Of a stretch of 41,472 nt of DNA, positions 24,426 through 39,542 are shown one piece after another. The position numbers and the translations under genes were made by a program. Origin of the DNA: an uncultured Mycoplasma sp. (lineage in GTDB: Bacteria; Bacillota_I; Bacilli_A; Mycoplasmatales; Metamycoplasmataceae); contig CAMQYR010000001.1 in NCBI GenBank assembly GCA_947039385.1, positions 1 through 41,472 on the forward strand, read 5' to 3'. Within the stretch, counting starts at the first letter, position 1. The number at the start of each line of letters is the position of its first letter. A model generated the notes under the pieces. That model had not been told where the DNA came from and searched no databases. It saw only the letters and a list, made by a program, of their open reading frames with translations.

Positions 24426-25271
24426 ATGAACAAAAAACACAATATTAAAAAAAATTCATTGATAACTTTTGATTACCAAGTTTATGATTTAAATCAACAA
24501 TTAATAACAAGTGGCACACAAGAAAACATGATTGTTGGTCAAGATTCTCTTTTCCCAAATTTATCAAAATCGCTTTTAACACTTGATGTGAATCAAACTA
24601 AACATGCTTTTAATTTTGTTTTGCAAAATCCAAACAATACTTTTTCAGATGTAATTTTTAATTTAACAATTAAGGATTATAGTGAAAATAATGCAGAATT
24701 ATTTAATAATAATTTTGAAAAGCAACAAGCTATTAAGCAATCAAAAAACGAAAAACAATTAGTTTCAGAAATTTCTAATCTAGAAAAAAAACTATTAGAA
24801 TTTGAAAAAAATGAGGAAAAATTAAATGCTAAAATCCATTTAATTTTTGAAAAAGCACAAGATGAAATAAAAAAGTTTAAAGAATCAACAAAACAAAAAC
24901 ACAACACAGAGATACAAGAACAAAAAGACTTTCAATTTCAAAGTTTTTTTGAAAAAATATTAAATCCATTGAATAATTTGTATATGGCTGTAGAGTTTGG
25001 AATAAAACGCTCTGAAAATTCTGAACTCGTCGGGTATATAAAGGGGTTTGAACTATTAATAAATCAAATGTTCAATGTTTTAGATTCATTTGGTGTTATT
25101 CCAATAGAACCTAAAATAGGTGACGAATTTAACCCTGAATTCCACAATATTGTGGAATTAATTGCTACGAAAGAATTTAAAAAAGACAAAATAGTTGAAA
25201 TAAGAAGTAGAGGTTATCAATTAAATGGTCGTGTAATATTCCCTGCAAATGTTATAGTTTCTAAGAAATAA
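24426..25271 (+). CDS. grpE: GrpE nucleotide exchange factor with N-terminal FKBP/trigger-factor-like extension
   Basis: GDEFNPEFH, RGYQLNGRVIFPANVIVSK; lies between hrcA and dnaK. Confidence 0.92.
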   Translation: MNKKHNIKKNSLITFDYQVYDLNQQLITSGTQENMIVGQDSLFPNLSKSLLTLDVNQTKHAFNFVLQNPNNTFSDVIFNLTIKDYSENNAELFNNNFEKQQAIKQSKNEKQLVSEISNLEKKLLEFEKNEEKLNAKIHLIFEKAQDEIKKFKESTKQKHNTEIQEQKDFQFQSFFEKILNPLNNLYMAVEFGIKRSENSELVGYIKGFELLINQMFNVLDSFGVIPIEPKIGDEFNPEFHNIVELIATKEFKKDKIVEIRSRGYQLNGRVIFPANVIVSKK

Positions 25272-25276
25272 AAAAA

Positions 25277-25303
25277 TTAGCAATATTTTAAATAGAGTGC
25301 TAA
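25277..25303 (+). promoter_or_regulatory. CIRCE element (HrcA operator) upstream of dnaK
   Basis: TTAGCAATA-N9-GAGTGCTAA versus consensus TTAGCACTC-N9-GAGTGCTAA. Confidence 0.9.
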
Positions 25304-25363
25304 TTTTTATGGTAACATTATAAATGTACATGTGTAAATATAAATTAAAATGTACAATAATAA

Positions 25364-27226
<1,863 letters not shown>

Positions 27227-27248
27227 TATTTTAAAATTGAATATAATT

Positions 27249-27282
27249 ATAAGTCACAAAAATTGCTTTTGTGACTTATTTT
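27249..27282 (+). terminator. Rho-independent terminator after dnaK
   Basis: Perfect stem ATAAGTCACAAAA / TTTTGTGACTTAT followed by TTT. Confidence 0.88.
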
Positions 27283-27495
27283 AGATATTTAGAATTCAAA
27301 ATAATAAATATTTAAATATAAATAATGTATAATAATTTAATTAATATTCATAACATGCCAAATAAGAATAAATTAAGTTTATGAAATTAAAAAGAAAGAA
27401 TTGGAATAAAAAATGTGTAAAAAAGATGTATCTACAACCAATGATAAAGTAGAATATAAGTGTCATCAATACAACACAAATTTTTAGGTTTTAAA

Positions 27496-27756
27496 ATGAA
27501 TGCAATCGATATTAAATCAAAATTTGTTACAATAACCCTAGAAGATAATTCAATAGTTGAAGCTGAAGTCGTTTTTACTTTTGAAGAAAATGGCGATACA
27601 TTTATATTGTATGCAATTGATGAAATTGTTTATCCGGCTAAAATTGCAGATGATGACTCTTTAATTGTTATTCAAGATGATGAATGAGAAATAGTTGAAA
27701 AAATATTTAATGAATTTCTTGAAGAAAACTTAGATGAAATTAAAGAAAACGAATAG
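27496..27756 (+). CDS. Small acidic DUF1292-like protein (start uncertain)
   Basis: ITLED...EAEVVFTFEE..DTFILY ... IQDDEWEIVEKIFNEF pattern. Confidence 0.7.
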
Positions 27757-27761
27757 TATTT

Positions 27762-28451
27762 ATGGCAATAACTTCATTAACTAGAAATATCTTAATATAC
27801 TCAGTAGTAATTGTAGTTTGCTTTGCTGTGATATTCCTTGCATTTGTTTGATTTAGAGTTCATAAAATAAGAAAAACAATAAGAAAAAATAATCTTGACA
27901 TTATTTCTAATGATTCAATTATTGAAGGTCATCAAAGAGTTATGAATAGAAATGATTTAGGGGAACCAATATTTGAATTAAGAAATGCTGTCCATAATCC
28001 TCTAGATGATGAAATTGTTGAATTTACAATAAACACAATAATAAAAAACAAGTTTAAAAATATCTTAATGTTAGATTATAAAACAACATATGAAATAATT
28101 GCAATATCGAATAAAACAAATACAACAATAAATGTTTTGTCAAATGAATTTAATGAAGAAGAATACGGTCAGATTAAAAACACATTATCATTTGATCATA
28201 AATTAAATGTATTGGAAAAAATAAACCATAGTGATAAGTTCGATTTAATTACTCTTTTATCTTCAAAAACAAACTATTCATTTGTTTATGAACAATACAT
28301 TGATAATTTATCTGAAAAAGGAATGTTTTTAATTGCCAATGTCAATAAAAACAAACCTTGAAAAACAGAAATAATCAAAAAAATAAACCAAAAAAATATT
28401 AAATATGATATTCTTAAATGATATAAAGGTTTTATTTTAATTGTAAAATAG
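27762..28451 (+). CDS. N-terminally membrane-anchored putative methyltransferase-fold protein
   Basis: TM at N-terminus; KNILML, FDLI, NLSEKGMFLI resemble degenerate class I MTase motifs; precedes greA. Confidence 0.6.
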
Positions 28452-28469
28452 TTATTTAAGGAAGAAATT

Positions 28470-28940
28470 ATGCAATCCCCCAAAACATTACTTACTCAAG
28501 AAAAAATAAATGAATTGAAAAGTGAATTAAATAAATTAATTCAAATTGATAGAATTGAAGTAATTCAAGAAATTAAAGACGCTAGAAATCAAGGTGATTT
28601 ATCTGAAAATGCCGAGTTTGATTCAGCAAGAGAAAAACAAGGTTTTATTGAAGATAGAATTAGAGAATTAGAAACATTATTAGAAAATTCTGATATTTTA
28701 AAAAAACAATCATCAAATTCTTTGGTTTCTATTGGAACAACTGTTGAATTAAAAATAGGAAATTTGGAAAAAACAGAAAATTTTACAATTGTTACTACTT
28801 ATGAAACAAATCCATTTAAAAATAAAATAAGTAATCAATCACCATTAGCAATTGCACTAATGGGAGCATCAAAAGGTGATGTTGTTATTGTTGATGGTCC
28901 TAAAAAATATGAAGTAACTATTGTAAATATCTTGGTTTAA
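28470..28940 (+). CDS. greA: Transcription elongation factor GreA
   Basis: ARNQGDLSENAEFDSA, ISNQSPLAIAL. Confidence 0.97.
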   Translation: MQSPKTLLTQEKINELKSELNKLIQIDRIEVIQEIKDARNQGDLSENAEFDSAREKQGFIEDRIRELETLLENSDILKKQSSNSLVSIGTTVELKIGNLEKTENFTIVTTYETNPFKNKISNQSPLAIALMGASKGDVVIVDGPKKYEVTIVNILV

Positions 28941-28947
28941 TAATTTT

Positions 28948-29511
28948 ATGGAAAACGATATTATAGATGATAAAAGATTTGTAAAAATTCTTTTTACACA
29001 AAAACAAATTGAAGATAGAATTGTTGAACTTTCAACATGAGTAGATGAAACTTACAAAGATTCTAAAAACCTTATTTTAGTTGGTTTATTAAAAGGATCT
29101 ATTCCATTTTTAGCTCAACTAATAAAAACTGTAAAAATTGAACATACATTAGATTTTATGACTATTTCTTCTTATAAAGGTGGTACTGAAAATAGTGGAA
29201 ATATAAAAATAATTATGGATTTAATCACAGATATTAGAGAGAAAGATGTTTTAATTGTTGAAGACATTATTGATAGTGGAAAATCATTAGAAAAAATAAG
29301 TGAAAATTTAACTTTACGAGGTCCGAAATCATTAAAAATTATAACATTATTGGATAAACCAGCAAATCGTAAAGTGAATATTAAAGCTAATATTTCAGGA
29401 TTTACTGTTCCTGATGAATTTTTAGCTGGTTTTGGTTTAGATGTTAGAGAAAAAATGAGAAATATTCCATATATTGGCATTTTTAATAAAAAATATTTAG
29501 ATAAATTATAA
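28948..29511 (+). CDS. hpt: Hypoxanthine phosphoribosyltransferase
   Basis: VGLLKGS.PF, SSYKG, VLIVEDIIDSGKSL, LLDKP, GFGLD, RNIPYIG. Confidence 0.96.
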
Positions 29512-29535
29512 TTAATTTTATATTATAATACATAT

Positions 29536-30432
29536 ATGAAATTAATTATAATTGTAGATTCATCATGTGGTTTAACAAAAAAAGAAGCTGAAGAACGAGG
29601 TTGATATTTTTTACCTCTTTTTTTAACAATTGATGGAAAAGAATATATGGATGGAATAGATATAACTCCAAAAAACTTTTTTGATATTTGTAAAATAGAT
29701 TCTATAGTTTCTAGTTCATGTTCAACCCCTATGCAAATAGAGATATTTTTAAATAAAATTATTAATCCAAATTCTTTTGTTGTTATATATCCAATTTCAA
29801 AATATTTATCATCACAATACTCAAATTTTTTAGCAGTTGTTAAAAATAATAATTATAAAAATATTCATATTATTGATTCTAAAAATATTTCAATACCAAT
29901 AATTAAAGAATTAGTTGAGTTAGAAATTGGTGTTAAAAACAAAGAATTCTCCATTGAAGAAGGCATTGACATTATTGAAAATCAAACACCAAGGAATTTA
30001 AATAATATGATTCTTTTCCCTAAGTATAATGACAATTTAGTGAGAGGCGGGCGACTTTCTTCCTCTGAAGCGAAAGTCGCAAACTTTTTAAAAATAATAC
30101 CAATCATTACGCTTAGAGAAGGAAGATTAGAAAAACTTGGTAAGGGTAGAGTGTTCAAAAAGACGGTTATTAATAAAACTGTGGAAATTTATAAAACACT
30201 AAATGATAAGTCTGAAGAATGAACTTTAATGTATGGTTACTCTGGAAAAATAGATGAATTAATTTATGATGAAATTAAAGAAAAAACAAGTGGTCAAAAA
30301 CCATTTATTAATTTATACATTCCTTCTATAATTTCTATACATACCGGATTAGAAGCAATAACTCCTTGTTTTTTAAACTTAAAATATGATGTTGAAAAAT
30401 ATGGGTTTGATAAAATAAAAGGAGAAGCATAA
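29536..30432 (+). CDS. DegV-family fatty-acid-binding protein (FakB-like)
   Basis: IIVDSSCG, FLPL...IDGKEY.DG, PISKYLSSQY, IIDS, LVRGGRLS, IHTG. Confidence 0.9.
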
Positions 30433-30433
30433 G

Positions 30434-31168
30434 ATGAGTAAAAGATTCCCTGAAGTTTTCGCTAAATCTTTTGTCAAGCCAACAGCAAAAAATAGACTAA
30501 TATCTTTTTCATTAATGTGAGTAGGCATTGGTGTTGCAATAATTTTTTTAATGACATTTTTATTTATGTTAAATCCTGATAATTGATTTATTAATAAATT
30601 ATCAAACTCATTAACTTGAAGTATTCTTATAGTTATAAATTTGGTATTGATTATAGCTCTTTCTTTTTATTCTTATAAAATGAGTCTCACAGTTATGTTT
30701 TGAATGTATATGATTTTTATTTTTATCGAAGGGATATTTGTTTCTACTACAATATCAATGTATTTTCCATTATTTAATGAATCAAGTGTGAGAAACATAT
30801 TTTTGTTATTTTTAGTTCCTTCAGGTATTTTTGTAATAATGGGACTTCTAGGATTTTTTGAAGTTCTTGATTTTTCCAAATTATTACCATTCATCTCATT
30901 TGCAACATTAGGATTAATAATATTTTCAATTTTTTTACTTTTTTTTGGTGGCTCAAGTTCGGAAAAGTGATTTTCACTTTTAGGAATTATTATTTTTTCA
31001 TTTTGAATAGGTTTTGACATTTGATGAATTCAAAGAACGTCTGATGAGCTTGAATCGTGTGGTGGAGTATCAACACAGGAAATGCTTAGATTAAGTTTAT
31101 TTTTTGGACTCCGTTTATTTGTTGATTTTGTAAGAATATTAACTTTGTTTCTAAGATTAACTAGATAA
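30434..31168 (+). CDS. Polytopic membrane protein, Bax-inhibitor-1/YccA-like
   Basis: ~7 TMs with TGA=Trp; GFDIWWI and LFVDFVRILTLFLR C-terminal motifs. Confidence 0.7.
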
Positions 31169-31231
31169 TCATTTTTACTTTTAATAATTAATGATATAAT
31201 TTTTCAATAGTTTTAAAACAAAAGGAGAGTT

Positions 31232-32467
31232 GTGTTTAATTTAAAGAAAAAGTATTCAATTTTATTATTACCATTAATTGCTTCAATCCCTCCTCTTTTA
31301 ATTTCTTGTTCTTCTCATGATTATTCTATTGAAAATCAAATTATAGAAGATGAGATACAACAACAACAACAACAATTAGAACCATTAAAATTGCAAGATG
31401 GAGTTAAACCTATAAACTTTAATTTATTAAATGTTGCAGGTGATAATTATCAGTTAGAAAGAATTTTTAAATTACCATCTTCAAAAACTATCAAAAAAAA
31501 TGGAGAAATTTATAAAATATGATATTCATGAGGTTTTTTAGAAAAAAATATAGTTTCGTTTGAGCAAAATGGGAATATAAATTTTGAGGTAAATGTTAAT
31601 TCTGGTATATTAAATTCAAGTGATTATGTAACAAAACCGATGAAATTAAGAATGTTGATAGAACCTTCAAAGACTTCTACTACACAGGAAGCGGCTTCTT
31701 GTTATAGTTATAATGGAATTAAATTTAAATCTGTAAGAAGTGATGTTTTTGAAAAAAGCACTTCATTTAATTTAGATTTTTTTTCCAAAAATTCAATAAT
31801 AAATAATAGGCCAGTTATAATTAAAAATGAAAAAAAAGCTAGAAATTGATCAGCAATAGATGCTTATTCAAATGAATCGTTGGTAGAAAATCCTGAAAAA
31901 TCTGCAAAATATGAATTTAAAATTGATCTTGCTGATTTTGATGAACATCACCCAACAAAAGGAATATATAAAATAAAAGTTTCTCCTAATCGAGATGAAT
32001 CATTTAACAATAGTGTAATTGAGTATGCAAAATCAAAAGGTATTTCGTTTGATAAATACTATTATTATTATGAACAAAATGTTAATTTTAAATATCCTAC
32101 TTCTAACAATATTTCTTCGCACAATGAAATAAACACTGAACTTGCAAATAAAATTGGAAATCAATTATCGGAATCTTCACTAGCATTTAGACCTAAAGTT
32201 AACAATTTCAATGCGATTTTAGGTCTAAATGCAAGCGAAATAGTCAAAAAAAATAATGAAATTGGAGGAATTTTTAGTCCCCCAAACTATTATAGAGAGC
32301 ATTCTATAGAACCATATAAAAAAGTTGTTTTTGGTATTGAATCAGTTGAAGCTTCCGGAGATTCTAATTATTTAATTTTTAAAATGAAAATTGAAGTAGG
32401 TAATTCCGCTCAATTTATTGTAAGCAATGTTGTTGATAAAACGATTTTAGTTAAAGACTTATTTTAA
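31232..32467 (+). CDS. Lipoprotein of unknown function with poly-Gln tract
   Basis: AGGAG RBS, GTG start, signal peptide and lipobox LISC; continuous frame with TGA=Trp; TGATATAAT at 31192-31200. Confidence 0.8.
31358..31375 (+). repeat. (CAA)6 trinucleotide repeat, poly-Q
   Basis: Directly visible. Confidence 0.9.
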
Positions 32468-32642
32468 TTTTTTTGAGTTGAGCAATAAGTTTAAAGATAA
32501 ATTTAAAAAAAATGTACTTTTGACTTATAATGTTATTTGAATTGAGTAATCCAAATTAATAGGTATTTATTATATTTATTCAAGTTAAGTTTAAAATTAT
32601 TAATTCATTTTTAGTTAATAAATTTTAATTATTTGTTAAATG

Positions 32643-32651
32643 TGATATAAT
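32643..32651 (+). promoter_or_regulatory. Extended -10 promoter for the F1-like ATPase cluster
   Basis: TGATATAAT about 55 bp upstream of ATG 32707. Confidence 0.55.
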
Positions 32652-32706
32652 TAAAAAAATTATTTATTGTTTAAATGATTTTAAATTTTAGAAAAAAGGG
32701 AATTTT

Positions 32707-33531
32707 ATGGAAGATAGAAATATAAACTTAAAAGAAAATACACAGAATAATTTAGCAAAACCAGTTAGCTTCGAGCCTAAGTCCGCTCAAGAAGGTAAAA
32801 AATTTTCAGGAACTTTATCTTATGAAGATATTATTTCTCAAACTAAAGAAATTGCTTTTACAACAAGTAGAACAGAAAAAGAAATAATTGAAGAAGATTC
32901 TAAAAAAAGAATTGAAAAAATAAATGCTTTAGATGAACATTTTAATGACTTAAATGCTAAACCTTTATCATCTGTTGATTCTTATGAAAGCTATAATTTG
33001 GTTTTAAATAAATCGGTTTGAAACTATAATGAAATATCACAAAGAAATACAAAATTTTCTATTAAAGATCTTGTATTACAAACTCATATTTATATTTATG
33101 ATGGTGTAATTATTCCTGTTGAAGAAGTTGAAAAAACATTGAATGACTTTTTACAAGTAGTATTGAAAAAAATTGTTTTAGGATACCCTGTTGTCTTGAA
33201 TCCAATTTTAATTATAGATGTTATTCGCTTTGATAAATCTAAAATTATTCCTGTAGCAATTGCAAATCCAAAATTATTGCCTCCATTAGGTGTGGTTGAA
33301 TGAAATTCATTAGTTGAAAATAAAGGTAATAATTATTTAATAATTGATGCATTTATTAAATTATTGGATAATGCACTTAATAATGGTCATGAAGTTGAAT
33401 TTTTTGAAGGAACCTTGTTAGTTAGAGGTATTAGTGGAATCACTTCATTATTTGTTGATGAAAAAGCAGCTATTAATTTCAATAATCTTGTTTTATCCTT
33501 AGCAAGCAATCAAAAAAAACATAAAAAATAA
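32707..33531 (+). CDS. F1-like ATPase cluster-associated soluble protein (274 aa; position of MMOB1620/DUF2714-like gene)
   Basis: Frame open to TAA at 33531 with TGA=Trp; assignment mainly from position before the gamma-like gene. Confidence 0.6.
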
Positions 33532-33571
33532 GATTTAAGAATAATTAAGAAAGCATTAAGGAGAGGTATTT

Positions 33572-34585
33572 ATGAAGTTAAAAGAAATAAAAGATAAATC
33601 AGAAAGTTTATCTTTTTTTGTAAATTTTGTAGAAATATCTAAAATACGAGTATTACAATTATTAAATTTAGAAACAAAAAAATTGAATAATATTCAAGAT
33701 TTAAAAGCAGTTAATTTAAATTTATTGAGTGCAATTGATGAGCGTTGATTTATAAAAAGGGGAATGAGTTTTTTTGAAAATAAAAAAAATTCTAAGTCCG
33801 AAAAGAATCAAAAAGATATATGTATCTATTTTTTAGTTGATCCACAGAAAATAGATGTATACTCGAATAATATGTTAGAAAAAATGGAAGAAACTCTTCT
33901 TAAGTTAGTAACAAAAAATGATTTTGTTGTAACTTTCGGTATACATGTTAACTTAATTTGTCAAAAATTAGAATTAAATGTTATTGAACATTTTGATTAT
34001 TCTTCATTTGAAGATGCAAATGAATTTGCAGAAAAAGTAAGCTCATTAATTGAAATAGGTGTAAAAAATAATTTATTCAATAAAGCTGTTATATTAATTA
34101 CACAATCATCTAATTCTCAAAGTGAACCAATTATCACAAAACAAATTCTTCCATTTGAAAACGTTGTTACAAAACGAGTTTTAGAAGAAGGTTTAATGGA
34201 AAAAGAACAATTTGAACATCTTAAAACAAATTCGGAAATAGTTGCAAATTATAAACATATTGTTTCTAATATGAATATTGGTAAAACTGAATGAAATCCA
34301 GATGTATTTGTGTTTCATGAACAATTTACAAAAACAATCATTAAACAAAGTGTTCATGAAATGAAGGTTACTAGTAAAGTAAGACAATATAATTTAGAAC
34401 TTCAACTTCTTGATGAAAAGAAAAACAAATTATCAGAACAACAAGAAACCTTAAAAATGAGTTACCATCGCGTTAGAAAAGAAGAATCTACAATGCAATC
34501 ACTTTTATTGTATTCAGCATTTAAGTTAAGAAAGAAAGATGAAGAAGAGTTCCCTCTGGTAAAAATTAAAGGACGGGTGGAATAA
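33572..34585 (+). CDS. F1-like ATPase gamma-like subunit (337 aa)
   Basis: GGAGAGG RBS; N-terminal helix LKEIKDKSESL and C-terminal coiled coil LKMSYHRVRKEESTMQ, echoing gamma's YNKARQAAITQE. Confidence 0.75.
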
Positions 34586-35199
34586 TGAGTATAGATGATA
34601 AAAGAAAACTAACATTAGCAACATCTATAAATCCAGATTTATTAAATTTAATTTATGATAGCAACCAAGAAATAATCACAAATATCACTATTCTAACTGT
34701 TGATTATAAGCCTGTTGAATTAATTTTAGATGTGTATGCAAAACCTAGATACAAAAAGGTTTCAGATGTTGTGACTATTTATGATGTTGCTGCGCTTATT
34801 GTGAAGAGTATTGCTAAAGATTCTGATTCTAAAGACAACAATAAAGAAAAAACAAAATTTATAATGTCTGAAGACATAGTAAGAGTTTCTAATGATTTTG
34901 GAGATCTGGTAATGTTAAATGGAAGAATAGATGTTATTCCTGATAAAATGTTAGTAGATGTTTACAAAAATTTTTCAAATTTAAAATCAGTAAACTTAGA
35001 ACAGCTTGAAGACATTTTAGAAATTTCTAAAAATCAACCAGCATTAAAGGCATATAGTCAGTTATCAAATTATTTCTCTGCTGAGAATTATTCGAAAAAT
35101 AACAATGTGTTCAAACTTTTACAACATCAAAATGATGTTGTAAAAGTATCTAAAAAAATATTATTAAAATCAATGGTAGCATGAGAGATAAGGAAATAA
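34585..35199 (+). CDS. F1-like ATPase-associated protein (204 aa; epsilon-position / MMOB1640-like)
   Basis: Start overlaps the gamma-like stop (TAATG); extended past TGA at 35182 to TAA at 35199; assignment by position only. Confidence 0.6.
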
Positions 35200-35215
35200 A
35201 AAAAAAGGGGTATTT

Positions 35216-38894
<3,679 letters not shown>

Positions 38895-38954
38895 ACATTT
38901 TAAATCAATATTCAAATATAGAATATGGTATAATAATTGAATTTAAGGAAAGAA

Positions 38955-39071
38955 ATGTTTAATAAAAATAAAAAAAGAAAAATTTTATATATTTTTTTTA
39001 GTGGTTTAATTACTACTATTGTTTTTATTTTTGCAATAACAATAGTAGTAACTTCAATTTTTAAAAATTAA
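38955..39071 (+). CDS. 38-aa single-pass membrane protein (below ORF-track cutoff)
   Basis: AAGGAAAG RBS, TGGTATAAT at 38926-38934; MFNKNKKRKILYIFFSGLITTIVFIFAITIVVTSIFKN. Confidence 0.65.
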   Translation: MFNKNKKRKILYIFFSGLITTIVFIFAITIVVTSIFKN

Positions 39072-39089
39072 AGTTTAAGGATATAAATT

Positions 39090-39539
39090 ATGAAAATAAA
39101 AAGCAAAATTGGATTAATAGTTTTGGGCTCAAGTATGGCAATATTATCACCTGTGATAATATTATCATTTATTCAGTTACCTAATATTATAAAAAAATCT
39201 CCAATTCAAGTAGAACTTGAAAAATTTTATAATAGCAATAAAGCTATTATTTTTGCTAAAGATAATTTTACTATATCTCAACCTGAGCCAGAAGGTAATA
39301 AATATTTAGTTAAAAATATAGATTTTCAAAATATTATTCTAAATGAAATTCAAAACTTGAATAATAGTTCTTATGGATTTGAAGTAACTAAAATTCACCC
39401 CTCTAAAACAGAAGCAAATTTTACATTTGATTATATTGTATTTTCATTAAAAGATAAAAAATTTAAACTTGATGGAACAAGTGCGGTGTATTCTCAATAT
39501 ATGCAACAAGATGGAGAGATGAAAAATTTTTCAAATTAA
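39090..39539 (+). CDS. Hypothetical membrane-anchored/secreted protein
   Basis: AAGGA RBS; basic N-terminus plus hydrophobic signal anchor. Confidence 0.7.
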   Translation: MKIKSKIGLIVLGSSMAILSPVIILSFIQLPNIIKKSPIQVELEKFYNSNKAIIFAKDNFTISQPEPEGNKYLVKNIDFQNIILNEIQNLNNSSYGFEVTKIHPSKTEANFTFDYIVFSLKDKKFKLDGTSAVYSQYMQQDGEMKNFSN

Positions 39540-39542
39540 ATT

